Of a stretch of DNA of 58,453 nucleotides, positions 47,815-58,453 are shown piece by piece. The notes below the pieces were generated by a model. That model had not been told where the DNA came from, ran no database searches, and saw only the letters and a list, made by a program, of their open reading frames with translations. Numbering within the stretch: position 1 is the stretch's first letter; each line of letters opens with the position of its first letter. The position numbers and the translations under genes were made by a program. Source of the DNA: an uncultured virus (IMG/VR IMGVR_UViG_3300002835_000037) (taxonomy: Duplodnaviria > Heunggongvirae > Uroviricota > Caudoviricetes). Location of the stretch: IMG/VR virus record IMGVR_UViG_3300002835_000037. One strand, given 5' to 3'.

Positions 47815-50800
47815 ATGAGTCAAGTACAATTAAACGTTGAAGAGTTAAAGGATTTTATTAAGCATATGGTTAAGAATAACCAACACATTCAGTCTGAAGG
47901 AAAAGTTCCTGTGGCAGTGAACATTGAAGGTGATGCTGGGCTTAATTCAAAATAAATGAGTATATTTGTAACATGAAGAAATTAATTTCAGAGTGTTTAC
48001 ACAAAGACTTAAATCAAAAGTGTGGTATTTACAAACTTACTTGTAATGAGCACAGTTATATTGGTAGCAGTATTAATATTTATTATAGGTTGAAAAGACA
48101 TATATCAGATTTGCTAAAAAATAAGCATGCAAATAAGTATATGCAAAATGCTTTTAATAAATATGGAAAGGATAGTTTTATATTTGAAGTAATAGAAGAA
48201 TGTAATAGAGATGTGTTAATTAAAACAGAATCCTATTATATAGAATCTATGTCTCCGGACTTAAACTTTATTCAAAATCCTGTTGCAATGATCCACAGTA
48301 ATGAAACATTACTTAGGATTTCTGCAACATTAAAAGAAGCTTATGCTTCTAAAAGAATAAAAAATCCTATTTCTAAAACTGTTCATCAATATAATATAAA
48401 TGGTTTTTATCTTAAATCTTATGAATCCTGTGCTGAAGCAGAAAAACAATTGAACTTACCAAAAGGAAAAGTTTCAAGAGTAGCTTCAGGAAAAGGATTT
48501 TCTTGTAAAAACTATAGATGGAGTTATGAATTAAAAAATAAACTTGGAGAATCTGTTATTAAACCAGATACAACAAAAAAAGTTTATGTATATGATGAGA
48601 ACAACAACTTAGTTCAAGAATGGCAAAGAGTGGGTAATGTAGCTAGTAATCTAGGTATTAGCTCATCTGCAATGTCTACAAGAATTAAAAAAGGTAATTA
48701 CTATGATGGTTTAAGATATTCATTTAACCCAGGTCCAGGGTAAAAATTGGGTGAATTGCTGGGAGTTCCTAAAGCTTTGTTAGCTACAACATAACCGGAA
48801 ATGGTAAGTGTGAATGCTTGAAAATAACAAAGATGTCCTAATGGATAATCAGCAGCCAAGTCTAGATCTAAATGGTCTGGAAAGGTTCAACGACTAGGTA
48901 TTGAAACTATGTAAATAGAATATAATATACCCAAGAGTGCCCAACACCAAGTAATTGGTGAAGATATAGTCTGAACTATAGTGAAAGCTATAGAAACAAG
49001 GATAAAGAGCCTTGTGATAACAAAATGTGGAAAAACAAGTGCAATTATGCAGTTGGGTAAAGAATTGCAAATGGATGTTGTAAAGTTGAATTTATCTCAA
49101 CTTGAAGAATTAGGTGACTTAGTTGGGTTTCCTGTAAAAGAATTTCAGATACAAAATGCAGAAGGTAAAACTACCTGGATTAATGAATCTCAGATATCTG
49201 CAGCTAGTGCGAAAGGTTATAAGGTTGTTGGAAAAAGAATGTCACATGCTGCTCCTGAATGGATTCAGGGTAAAGGTGAAGGTGGTTTCTTAATCTTAGA
49301 TGACTATACTCGTGCGGATTAACAAAATATGCAGTCTAGTAGTGTTAGTGTGAATAATTTAATTATCTTTGTGATATGGAAAAATTAAACACACAAACTC
49401 TTAAGACCGCATTAAAGAGTATAGGAATCTATAAAATTAAAATTAATGATAAAGAGTACATTGGTAGCTCTTGTAATATTGGTCAAAGATTAAAACATCA
49501 TTTATGGTCTCTTGAAAATTTAAAACACCATAATAGAACAATGCAGAATTTATACAACAAGTATAGTAAAGAAGAAATTTACTTTGAAGTTGTAGAAGAG
49601 TGTTCAGATGAAGTTTTAATTGAGAGAGAAGCTTATTATATTAGCACACTTAATCCATATATAAATCATATACTAGATCCACAAACTCTAGTCAGGGATG
49701 ATGTATGTAAACAAAGGATAAGTGATACTAAGAAAAAAGCTTATGCAAATGGTCTAAAACCTCACAATCTTAAAGCAGTACATAAATATTCACTTGATAA
49801 AGGTGAGTATTTAGAAAGTTTTGATTCTCTTACAGCTGCTGCTAAATCTATTAATGCTAAAAGTATTAATAGTATAAAAGCAGTATGTAATAGTAAGCAA
49901 ACTTCTGCAGGAGGTTATGTTTGGTCTTATAATAAAGTTAATCTAGTTTTTTCTAGAGATAAAAAATATAAGTTAGAACCAGTGTTACAATTTACTATTG
50001 ATAATATTTTTATCAAAAAATGGGAGTCTATAACTGAAGCAAGTAAAGAACTTGGTATCTCTAATATTAATAGAGCAATATCTAGAAATTTAACTGCTGG
50101 GGGTTATAGATGGTCTAAAAAGCATAAAGTGTTTGGTCCGCAATAAATCATGTGAATTCAGGGAAACTCCAGAGATGGACAATCCTGAGCCAAGCCTTAT
50201 AGGGATATAAGGAAGGTGCAACGACTAGTGTATGGAGTCTAGAACAGACAGTAAAACACCAAGAGCGCATGACACATAGAAATATGTGATGATATAGTCT
50301 GAACTGTACATATAATCTAAATGAAAGTACAGAATCTAAGGATAAAGAGCCTTAGAGTTAACAAAATGCAACGCTTTATGCAAGCAACAATGGAGATCCT
50401 AGACAGACAAGAATATGTTTCTTGGAAGTTACCAAAGAACTGGCATGTACTTTTGACTACTAATCCAGACAATGGTGATTACAATGTAACTTCTCTGGAT
50501 GTAGCTCAGAAGACTAGATTTATCTCTGTAGAGTTAAAGTATGATTCTGATGTATGGGCTAAGTGGGCAGAGAAAGCAAGTATTGATGGTAGATGTATTA
50601 ACTTTATGTTGATGCATCCAGAATTGGTAACTCAAAGAGTTAATCCAAGATCTATCACTACATTCTTTAATGCAATTAGTTCTATTCCAAAGTTTGAAGA
50701 TAACTTACCTTTAATTCAAATGATTGGTGAGGGATCTGTTGGACCTGATTTTAGTTCTATGTTTACTATGTTCATTAATAACAAACTTGATAGAATTATT

Positions 50801-51118
50801 AGTCCGGAAGATATCCTAAATAAAGATGAGCAATATGTAATGAACTCTTTAACTAATGCAGTTGGTAAAGATGATGATTTCCGTGCTGATATTTCAAGTA
50901 TTATTGCAACAAGGTTGATTAACTATTCTCTTACTTTAGCTGAAAAAGGATCTGTGGGTAAACCAGTTATTGATAGAATAGCTAAACTTACTACTGATTG
51001 TGATGCATTTACAAATGACCTTAGATATTATATGGTTAAGGAGATTGTCAATGGAAACAAGGTTAAATTTAGCTCATTAATGCTAAATTCAGAGGTGGTG
51101 AAGATGGCTGTCAAGTAA
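47815..51118 (+). CDS. MoxR-like AAA+ ATPase in three exons (47815-47942, 49028-49319, 50369-51118; 389 aa spliced)
   Basis: Splicing restores Walker A GDAGL|GKTS and ILDDYTRAD|QRFMQ; partner vWA gene upstream. Confidence 0.85.
47943..49027 (+). mobile_element. Group I intron 1 (in Walker A)
   Basis: P AATTGCTGGGA, Q AATCAGCAGC, R GTTCAACGACTAG, S AAGATATAGTCT; exon ends in U, intron ends in G. Confidence 0.88.
47973..48743 (+). CDS. Intron-encoded GIY-YIG homing endonuclease
   Basis: GIYKL...YIGSS.NI..R...H. Confidence 0.88.
   Translation: MKKLISECLHKDLNQKCGIYKLTCNEHSYIGSSINIYYRLKRHISDLLKNKHANKYMQNAFNKYGKDSFIFEVIEECNRDVLIKTESYYIESMSPDLNFIQNPVAMIHSNETLLRISATLKEAYASKRIKNPISKTVHQYNINGFYLKSYESCAEAEKQLNLPKGKVSRVASGKGFSCKNYRWSYELKNKLGESVIKPDTTKKVYVYDENNNLVQEWQRVGNVASNLGISSSAMSTRIKKGNYYDGLRYSFNPGPG
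49320..50368 (+). mobile_element. Group I intron 2 (just after Walker B)
   Basis: P AATTCAGGGAA, Q AATCCTGAGC, R GTGCAACGACTAG, S ATGATATAGTCT; U/G boundaries restore the frame. Confidence 0.88.
49376..50146 (+). CDS. Intron-encoded GIY-YIG homing endonuclease
   Basis: GIYKI...YIGSS.NI..R..HH. Confidence 0.88.
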   Translation: MEKLNTQTLKTALKSIGIYKIKINDKEYIGSSCNIGQRLKHHLWSLENLKHHNRTMQNLYNKYSKEEIYFEVVEECSDEVLIEREAYYISTLNPYINHILDPQTLVRDDVCKQRISDTKKKAYANGLKPHNLKAVHKYSLDKGEYLESFDSLTAAAKSINAKSINSIKAVCNSKQTSAGGYVWSYNKVNLVFSRDKKYKLEPVLQFTIDNIFIKKWESITEASKELGISNINRAISRNLTAGGYRWSKKHKVFGPQ

Positions 51119-51177
51119 TTGAAACGTAAAAAGTTTTCCCACTTTTATTAAACAATAATCTAATTAATTCACACATA

Positions 51178-51201
51178 AGGGGAGGTAATGCTCCCCTTTT
51201 T
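51178..51201 (+). terminator. Intrinsic terminator
   Basis: AAGGGGAG-gtaatg-CTCCCCTT-TTT. Confidence 0.7.
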
Positions 51202-51213
51202 AACATTATCATT

Positions 51214-52560
51214 ATGAAAACACAGTTATTTATTTATGATGTTGATGCATCTACAGAGCTAACAATGAAAGTTCAACCTTTATATTGTGGTTCTCAAGAA
51301 AATAACATTTTAGCAATCAGTGATAAAGAATATACTCCTACAAAAGGAGATAAACTTTATTTCCTTCCTGGTGTAAATATTCCCAGAGTAAAGCTTAAAG
51401 ATTTGTATTTGCAACACGGTATTAAAACTGTAAGAGACATTGATCAAGCAACTCATGTATTCTGTGGTAAAAACACCATAAATAAAATTACAAATAATCA
51501 TTGGTATTATTACATGCCTACTGAAACTCTCAAAGCAATTTTAAATGATCCTGAAACTATAATGGATGACTATTATAGAGAAAATCTAGATCAAGCTTTG
51601 GAGTTTTATACAGAGCCTGATGTAGTTGTAGCATATAGTTCGGCAAGTGAGCTTAGAAACGCAGGAGCATCTTTTATTGAAAGACACATTAACGGAAATA
51701 TATTAAGACACTCTAATACTTATTATACAGTAGATGATGAATACAAAGATTTATTTCCAAAAATTCTTAGTATAGAACTTTTTGATGAAAGTGAATTACT
51801 TAAACACATAAATGGTGAAGATGCTGCCACTATAGATGAAACTATGTTTCTGCAGATAAGTGATATGTTTAAAAGCTCTGATAAAGACAACCATATCATA
51901 GCAATGGAAATTATGGCCAATTCTAATTATATGGAAAGTCTATTATACATCGAAATGTTATTTAAAGAGTTTTATAATATAATGTCTGACTGCAATACTA
52001 GAAACCACGTTAATTTCAAATCATTAATTAGTTTTTTAGGTAAGAATAAAAATTACATGCGTACTGATATTGATGATATAGTAAACTCTCTTTTAGATAA
52101 AAATAAGCTTTCTATAGAAAAAGTTGATGTAATCATGAAGTATTATGCTGATGAAATTGCAATGAATGGAGGTACTAGGTATTTTGAAATCAGGAGTTTA
52201 ACTCTAAATAATGATATTGCAAAACTTCTAAATACTGACTATGCTTATCAAACATTCCCTGATTATTTACCTGAAAATACTTCAGAAGTATCTGAAATAT
52301 ACACTGACCTTGCAGATCTTAATTCTTTAGATACAAATACTTCTGAAATTACTGATGAAGTTGAAACAATTGAAGAAGTACTAGAGGAAATATTTATACA
52401 GACTGATGAAAGACTGGATGAACTTAAGTCAGAATTAATAGAATCAGAGGAAGACTTTTCTGTTTCTGAATTAGAATTAAATAAAGAAGACCAGTTAAAA
52501 ACTCAATCAAATAACAATCAAATAGAAGAAAAAAATGGAGATGACTTTGAATGGTTCTGA
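51214..52560 (+). CDS. Hypothetical protein with an acidic tail (possible BRCT-like N-terminal region)
   Basis: 448 aa; YFLPG...IKTVRDIDQATHVF; D/E-rich C-terminus. Confidence 0.7.
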   Translation: MKTQLFIYDVDASTELTMKVQPLYCGSQENNILAISDKEYTPTKGDKLYFLPGVNIPRVKLKDLYLQHGIKTVRDIDQATHVFCGKNTINKITNNHWYYYMPTETLKAILNDPETIMDDYYRENLDQALEFYTEPDVVVAYSSASELRNAGASFIERHINGNILRHSNTYYTVDDEYKDLFPKILSIELFDESELLKHINGEDAATIDETMFLQISDMFKSSDKDNHIIAMEIMANSNYMESLLYIEMLFKEFYNIMSDCNTRNHVNFKSLISFLGKNKNYMRTDIDDIVNSLLDKNKLSIEKVDVIMKYYADEIAMNGGTRYFEIRSLTLNNDIAKLLNTDYAYQTFPDYLPENTSEVSEIYTDLADLNSLDTNTSEITDEVETIEEVLEEIFIQTDERLDELKSELIESEEDFSVSELELNKEDQLKTQSNNNQIEEKNGDDFEWF

Positions 52561-53551
52561 TGAAATAGAAAAATTCTATCAGAAAAAATTTTATTTTAGT
52601 TACAGTGGATTAAATAAATTACTTTATTCTCCTGGACTTTTTTATAATCATTATGTGCTCAATCAGAGAGAAGATAGTACAGACTCACATCTTATAGGGG
52701 GTAGAGTTTTGCACTGTCTTTTATTTGAACCCGAAAAGTATGATGATTATTTTATTTCTTTACCGGGTAAACTCCCTAGTGAAAATCCTAAAAAAATTAT
52801 TGATAATATTTTCAGAATTCATCTTGGATATGGAAATGATTCATTACTTTTGGAAGATTACTCACAAGATATACTTACACAGCTACTTACAGCAAATCTT
52901 TATCAGAATCTTAAAACAGATCAACAAAGGCTTGACAAGATTCTTACAGAAGAACACAAAGAGTATTTTGAATTCCTTAAAAATAGTCTAGATAAATCAA
53001 TAGTTGATCAACCTACTTTGGATGGCTGCAAAGTACAAGTAGAAATACTAAAAAGCAATAGAGATGTAAGAAATCTAATGCAACTAGATAAATCTGAGGA
53101 AGACACTCACATTGAAACCTATAATGAGTTGCATATTAAGGTTGACCATGACAAAATACCTTTTGGTTTACACGGAGTACTTGACAATGTCGTTGTTGAT
53201 AATGAGGCCAAGATAATTTTTATTAATGACCTCAAAACAACTGGTAAATCTATACAAGATTTTCCTGATGCAGTTGATTATTATAAATACTGGATACAAG
53301 CAGTTATTTATACTATTCTGGCAACAGACAAATTTTTAAAAGATAAGCCGAATAAAGAAGCTTGGAAAACTCAAGTAAGCTTTATTGTAATTGACAAATA
53401 TAATTTAGTTTACCCTTTTCAAGTTTCTAACGAGACAATGAGTCAATGGAAAAGTAATTTTAGATCTGTATTAGAAATTGCTAAATGGCATTATATACAG
53501 AAAAAATATGACTTACCATATGACTTAGCAGTAGGTAATTTTAAATTGTAA
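52535..53551 (+). CDS. PD-(D/E)XK exonuclease (RecE/Cas4-like)
   Basis: FSYSGL, G.VLH, GVLDN...INDLKTT, YWIQA..Y. Confidence 0.8.
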   Translation: MEMTLNGSDEIEKFYQKKFYFSYSGLNKLLYSPGLFYNHYVLNQREDSTDSHLIGGRVLHCLLFEPEKYDDYFISLPGKLPSENPKKIIDNIFRIHLGYGNDSLLLEDYSQDILTQLLTANLYQNLKTDQQRLDKILTEEHKEYFEFLKNSLDKSIVDQPTLDGCKVQVEILKSNRDVRNLMQLDKSEEDTHIETYNELHIKVDHDKIPFGLHGVLDNVVVDNEAKIIFINDLKTTGKSIQDFPDAVDYYKYWIQAVIYTILATDKFLKDKPNKEAWKTQVSFIVIDKYNLVYPFQVSNETMSQWKSNFRSVLEIAKWHYIQKKYDLPYDLAVGNFKL

Positions 53552-53556
53552 AACTT

Positions 53557-54123
53557 ATGGTAATAGATGCGCTTTATAGGAAGTATTTCCAAAAATCCAA
53601 GATATTTTTATATCCGCTCTTGGACATTAAAAGAGGTACCAGTGTTGTTCCGAATGAAACTTATGTTTCTTGGAATGGCACTATAAACTCTGAGGATATG
53701 GTATTAGTTTGTGTTTACCCAACTAGAACAGATCAGGAATATTTAAAATTTGAGAAAAATGTTCTTCTCAAACACAATAGATTGGTTGATTTTGTAAAAG
53801 TGGATGACGATAACTTAATAGTTACATTTAATTTTTCTGATTTAAGAGATGATTGGTTCAATTTTTTGAACGGTAAATACAGTAAAATAAATATAAATAC
53901 AAAGCGCAAAATTTTAGATTTTTTTGATAAGAACAGTGGTAATTATGCCTATGTAGAAAGCTATCTGTTTCCAGAAAAGCATTTTGAAACATATGCTAAA
54001 ATTCTAGGAATAGAAACTGAGCTACTGATATCTGTTGGTGAACTTTGCGACAAACCTGATTTAGAAAGAGAAAAATTACTTATGCAGGTCGCAGATTTGG
54101 AAAACATAACTATTATTAATTAA
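53557..54123 (+). CDS. Hypothetical protein
   Basis: 188 aa. Confidence 0.7.
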   Translation: MVIDALYRKYFQKSKIFLYPLLDIKRGTSVVPNETYVSWNGTINSEDMVLVCVYPTRTDQEYLKFEKNVLLKHNRLVDFVKVDDDNLIVTFNFSDLRDDWFNFLNGKYSKININTKRKILDFFDKNSGNYAYVESYLFPEKHFETYAKILGIETELLISVGELCDKPDLEREKLLMQVADLENITIIN

Positions 54124-54144
54124 CTTTGCTAAAAAACCAATAGT

Positions 54145-54495
54145 ATGAGTGAAAACACAATGATGCTTGTAGAAGCAAGCTGGCAAGACAAAACAACTTT
54201 TAGAATGATTCCTATTTCGGAACATTGCCCTTATGTAGAATGCATTTTTGATCCTGAAAGCAAAGTCTTTGTTATAGTATCAAAAATTAAAAAAACTTCT
54301 TTACATATGCTGCCTAAATTAGACGAGTATGGTATTGCTATTTCTGGCAACCGTGGAGCTAAGCAGGAAAGACATAAAATTGAAGTGTTTCAAGAATTCT
54401 ATGTAGAGGATGTAGTTGCTATAGAAGAATTAATCAAAATTTTAGCAGTCAATTCAAAATTTGATTATAAAAAATTTATGACTGACAAAGCATAA
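54145..54495 (+). CDS. Hypothetical protein
   Basis: 116 aa; TAACTTTG element upstream; terminator at 54518-54545. Confidence 0.7.
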   Translation: MSENTMMLVEASWQDKTTFRMIPISEHCPYVECIFDPESKVFVIVSKIKKTSLHMLPKLDEYGIAISGNRGAKQERHKIEVFQEFYVEDVVAIEELIKILAVNSKFDYKKFMTDKA

Positions 54496-54586
54496 ATATT
54501 GTACTTCTAACAAAAATAAGGGAGTGTATTATGCACTCCCTTTTTATTAATTTAAAGAGGGGGAACAGCTTAACTGAACAACACCT

Positions 54587-56584
54587 ATGAGAACACATTG
54601 GGTAATGGACTATGAAACTCTCAGTGATTGTTTCATAGCAGTTTTTGAAGATGTAAAATCTGAACAACAAGAAATTTTTGTCTGTCATCAATCTAGAAAT
54701 GATATTGAAGCTTTAGTAAACTTCTTAAAAAAGAATATTCATTTAGGTGAATGGCACATAAGCTTTAATGGTTTAGGTTTTGATAGCCAAATTACAGAGT
54801 ATGTTATTAGAAATGGAGAGCACTTGCAAAACATGAATGGAGAATCAATTGCAAACTATCTATATAACAAGGCTCAATATGTAATCAATAAGCAAAAGAA
54901 TAATGAATTCTTAGACTTCTCACAGAAAGATCTAAGTATTAATCAAATTGATGTATACAAACTGAATCATTGGGATAACCCAGCTAAGAAATCAAGTTTG
55001 AAATGGATTCAGTTTAGTATGGATTGGCATAATATTATTGATATGCCTATTCATCATAGTGAAAAAGTCAATGCTCATCAAATTCCAATGATAATAAAGT
55101 ATTGTCAAAATGATGTAACTTCAACTAAAGCAATATTACACTTAAGTAAAAGCCAGGTAGAGTTAAGAAAAGTTTTAACACAAGACTATGGTATTGATTT
55201 ATTTTCTGCTTCAGAGCCTAGAATATCCAAGGAATTATTTCTACACTTTTTGAGTAAACAAACCGGTATTAAAAAGTGGGATCTTAAAAACATGAGAACC
55301 CATAGATTAAAGATTTCAGTTGATAATATTATACTTCCTTATATTAAGTTTGAGACAGCTACTTTTCAAAGACTTTTAGATAAGTTCAAAGAAGTAGTTA
55401 TATATCCGGATGAAACAAAAGGTGGTTTTAAATATTCAGTACAATATAAAAGTGTAAAAACAGATTTTGGCCTCGGGGGTATCCATGGAGCCAAAGAAAG
55501 CAAAGTATATGAATCAACCTCTGATATGGTCATTATGACATCAGATGTTGTAAGTTATTATCCTAATCTTGCAATTAGAAATAAATGGGCACCGGCACAT
55601 CTACCTAAAAAAGAGTTTTGTGATCTGTATGAATGGTTTTTTGAAGAAAGAAAGAAGATACCAAAAAAAGATCCTAAAAATTATGTGTACAAGATTATTC
55701 TCAATTCTACATATGGTTTGAGTAATGATGCCAATAGTTTTCTATATGATCCAGAATTTACCATGAAGATTACAATAAATGGTCAGCTAAGTTTGACTAT
55801 GTTGTATGAAATGCTTACAGAAGGTATACCAGGTGCAATACCCTTAATGCAAAATACAGATGGTCTTGAGACAATGATTCCGAGAAAATATGTAGACAAG
55901 TACATGGAAATATGCAAGGAATGGGAAAAGATAACCAGTCTAGAACTTGAGCATGGTGCTTATCAGAAGCTTGTGTTAGGAGATGTAAATAATTACATAG
56001 CTGTATCTGAATACGCAGAAGTCAGCAAAGATGTTTATGAAAAGCTTAAGAAAGATATTCCTCATGACCTCTATAAAGAGGAGAATGGGAAATATTATTA
56101 TGCCGGCACCAAGTGCAAAGGACGTTTTGAGTTTCATAATCTAGCTCTACATAAGAATAAAAGTTTCTTAACCATACCTAAAACATTGTTTTACTACTTT
56201 GTACACGGTATTGAACCCTGGATTACTCTAACATCTACGGATAATATTTTTGATTTTTGTGGTGGTGTAAAAATTAAAGGTGATTGGAAATTTAAGGAAG
56301 TATTCATTGAAATAATGGATGGTGAATATGTTGAAAAACCTTTACAAAATACCCTCCGTTATTATATCTCTAATGTAGGTAGTAAGATTATAAAAGAACA
56401 TAGAACTGATGGAAGAATGATTCAAGTTGAAGCCGGAAGATGGCTCCAAACTGTGTATATTGATCATGTAGAGAAAGACATTTCTGAATATGATATTAAT
56501 TATGATTATTATTTAAATAAGATTAGGAAAGAGATTGAGTCTCTAAATCCTAGTTCAAATCAATTAAGTTTAAATTTGTTTTAG
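54587..56584 (+). CDS. polB: Family B DNA polymerase
   Basis: DYET exonuclease motif, YCQND, DVVSYYPN, KIILNSTYG, NTDG. Confidence 0.9.
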   Translation: MRTHWVMDYETLSDCFIAVFEDVKSEQQEIFVCHQSRNDIEALVNFLKKNIHLGEWHISFNGLGFDSQITEYVIRNGEHLQNMNGESIANYLYNKAQYVINKQKNNEFLDFSQKDLSINQIDVYKLNHWDNPAKKSSLKWIQFSMDWHNIIDMPIHHSEKVNAHQIPMIIKYCQNDVTSTKAILHLSKSQVELRKVLTQDYGIDLFSASEPRISKELFLHFLSKQTGIKKWDLKNMRTHRLKISVDNIILPYIKFETATFQRLLDKFKEVVIYPDETKGGFKYSVQYKSVKTDFGLGGIHGAKESKVYESTSDMVIMTSDVVSYYPNLAIRNKWAPAHLPKKEFCDLYEWFFEERKKIPKKDPKNYVYKIILNSTYGLSNDANSFLYDPEFTMKITINGQLSLTMLYEMLTEGIPGAIPLMQNTDGLETMIPRKYVDKYMEICKEWEKITSLELEHGAYQKLVLGDVNNYIAVSEYAEVSKDVYEKLKKDIPHDLYKEENGKYYYAGTKCKGRFEFHNLALHKNKSFLTIPKTLFYYFVHGIEPWITLTSTDNIFDFCGGVKIKGDWKFKEVFIEIMDGEYVEKPLQNTLRYYISNVGSKIIKEHRTDGRMIQVEAGRWLQTVYIDHVEKDISEYDINYDYYLNKIRKEIESLNPSSNQLSLNLF

Positions 56585-56585
56585 T

Positions 56586-57797
56586 ATGCCAAAGAAAATT
56601 CAAAACACAACAAAAGCACACTTAATAAGTGTGCCATTACCAAACCATGCTGCCACATATACTGTGATCAGTCATCAGTTTGTTATTGATTATGCTTATC
56701 AAGCCCTTGCTGCTGCAGGGTTTGGAATTGTAGAAGAAGAGTACAGATGTACTTCTGATGGGCAAATTGCCCAGGGTATTTATAAATTAAATTTTAATAA
56801 TGATCCTGAATTATCAATGATGTTTGCTTGGACAAACAGTTATAATAAACAAGTAAAGTTTAAATGTGTGGTTGGTGCATATATCAATAACACAGGTGCG
56901 GTGATGATTTCTGGTGAAGTAGGTTCATGGGTTAGAAAACACACTGGTACTGCAGATGTTGAAACCAAAGCTACTATTGATGAATATGTTGCTAATGCAA
57001 ACATGTATTACAATCAACTAGTAGCCGATAAGGCAGTTATGGAAAACATAACCCTTAATAAAAGAAAACAATCTCAGTTATTAGGTGTGCTATTTGCGGA
57101 GTATGAAGTACTTACTACAGAGCAAGCAAGTTCTGTAAGAGATCAAATGAAGAAACCCTTTCATGTATTTAAAAATAGTGATAGTTTGTGGGCCTTTTAT
57201 AACTATGTAACAAATGCTTTGCAATTTTCACATCCAAAAACTTGGATGGAAGATCAAAGGATTCTTCATTATTTCATTTCTACAATTGGAAACTTTCAAC
57301 AGGTTAGTATTCCTCAAACGGTGATACCAGTAACACCTGTAGAAACTCCTGTGGAAGATCCATTAGAAAACAACTATGGGGAACCGGAAAATCAAACTAA
57401 TTTATTAGTTCAGATAGCCGAGATTACAGGTGATGCTAGTGTGCTTGAACCACAAGTTGTAAAAAGCTCATCTGAGCAAGATGAAGACGAGGTTGAAGAA
57501 CCAACAGAAGATGGTTTACCTTATACTTTTTCAGAAACTGTGTATACAGAAGAAGAAATAGTTGAACAATTATACGGGGTTAACAATAATCCTGAAGTAA
57601 GTTTGTCAATTGAATCTGAAGAAGAAGAGGAACCACAAATGGAAGAAAAATTTGAAGCTATAGATTTTCACAATGCTACAATTGAAACAGTTGAAGAAGA
57701 AATATTGATTAAAGAAAGTTTAGATGATGATTTTGATTTTGATTTAAATACTGATGATGCTGAATCTGAAGCAGAAGATGCTACAGATTTCTTTTAA
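56586..57797 (+). CDS. DUF932-like protein with an acidic tail
   Basis: YTVISH, NSYNK, RKHTG, LWAFYN.VT; terminator at 57837-57869. Confidence 0.6.
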   Translation: MPKKIQNTTKAHLISVPLPNHAATYTVISHQFVIDYAYQALAAAGFGIVEEEYRCTSDGQIAQGIYKLNFNNDPELSMMFAWTNSYNKQVKFKCVVGAYINNTGAVMISGEVGSWVRKHTGTADVETKATIDEYVANANMYYNQLVADKAVMENITLNKRKQSQLLGVLFAEYEVLTTEQASSVRDQMKKPFHVFKNSDSLWAFYNYVTNALQFSHPKTWMEDQRILHYFISTIGNFQQVSIPQTVIPVTPVETPVEDPLENNYGEPENQTNLLVQIAEITGDASVLEPQVVKSSSEQDEDEVEEPTEDGLPYTFSETVYTEEEIVEQLYGVNNNPEVSLSIESEEEEEPQMEEKFEAIDFHNATIETVEEEILIKESLDDDFDFDLNTDDAESEAEDATDFF

Positions 57798-57880
57798 TAT
57801 CCTTGTAAGCATATAAGGATTTATTGATTTATCACCAAAAGAGATAGCTTTGGCTATCTCTTTTTTTTTAAATTTGAAAT

Positions 57881-58261
57881 ATGAAAAAACAGTTAAGTAA
57901 AGTAGAAGAATTCCATAACAAGTTTGGAGTTGAGAATGCTCATAAACCAACGCTGGTAGACCAAGAAATTGGCATGTTGAGATTTGAGCTAATGAGAGAA
58001 GAAAATCAAGAGTATCTAGATGCTGTTGATGAAAAAGATTTAGTAGGTATAGCAGATGCATTAGGTGATCAATTGTATATCCTATGTGGTACTATACTAA
58101 AACATGGTATGCAACATATTATAGAAGATGTATTTGAAGAAATACAAGCTAGTAATATGAGCAAGCTAGGTGCAGACGGTAAACCAATTTACAGGGAAGA
58201 TGGTAAAATTTTAAAAGGAGAAAATTACTTCAAGCCTGATATCTCTAAATTTATAAAATAA
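57881..58261 (+). CDS. MazG-like NTP pyrophosphohydrolase
   Basis: EE..EY...ADALGD, SNMSK, REDGKILKG. Confidence 0.85.
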   Translation: MKKQLSKVEEFHNKFGVENAHKPTLVDQEIGMLRFELMREENQEYLDAVDEKDLVGIADALGDQLYILCGTILKHGMQHIIEDVFEEIQASNMSKLGADGKPIYREDGKILKGENYFKPDISKFIK

Positions 58262-58266
58262 AAATT

Positions 58267-58452
58267 ATGCACCCAACAACATTTAAGAAAGCACTTATTG
58301 AAGCTTACCTAGCAGGAGCTGATAGCATGTTTTGTGGTTGTTACGATAGGAAAACAAAAGCTGATGCTAGAGAATGGTTTGACAATCAATATGGTTTAAC
58401 AGAGTCTGATCAAAAATGTGATTGCTGTGAAGAAGAAACTGAAGAAGAATGA
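58267..58452 (+). CDS. Hypothetical protein (may continue past the window end)
   Basis: Open frame to the edge. Confidence 0.55.
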   Translation: MHPTTFKKALIEAYLAGADSMFCGCYDRKTKADAREWFDNQYGLTESDQKCDCCEEETEEE

Positions 58453-58453
58453 A

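Noticed and set aside
48981..50368. Independent genes starting at 48981 and 50321
   Set aside because: Their first codons are intron 3' sequence; they are exons 2 and 3 of the ATPase
1..58453. Stop-codon reassignment, known in some crAss-like phages
   Set aside because: Long genes are intact in the standard code, and TAG and TGA both end tightly packed genes
1..58453. CRISPR array, DGR or retron
   Set aside because: No regularly spaced repeats and no reverse transcriptase ORF seen

Overview
This AT-rich window is a large part of a crAss-like (Crassvirales-type) phage genome, probably infecting a Bacteroidota host. The assignment rests on gene order and motifs recognised by eye; no search was run. 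The minus strand (1-20.1 kb) carries the late module: major capsid protein, portal, large terminase, nuclease and IHF-like genes, a lysis cassette, virion proteins and GroES. A GC-rich, palindrome-dense strand switch lies at about 20.2-20.4 kb. The plus strand (20.4-58.4 kb) carries early/accessory genes and then the replication module: SF2 helicase, ClpS, SPL-like radical SAM, Ung, DnaB, primase, vWA + AAA ATPase, PolB and MazG-like. The most notable observations are: (1) an RNA-dense early region with a hatchet ribozyme and a twister ribozyme that has a GIY-YIG endonuclease gene inserted inside it; (2) a repeated covarying pseudoknot motif; (3) a ~255-nt structured element with a 6-nt TTTGNN register next to a coiled-coil gene; (4) a PAS-PAS-coiled-coil-2TM sensor-like gene inside the lysis cassette; (5) an AAA ATPase split by two group I introns; (6) an attC-like gene cassette; and (7) a Janus/Ocnus (phosphohistidine phosphatase)-like domain.
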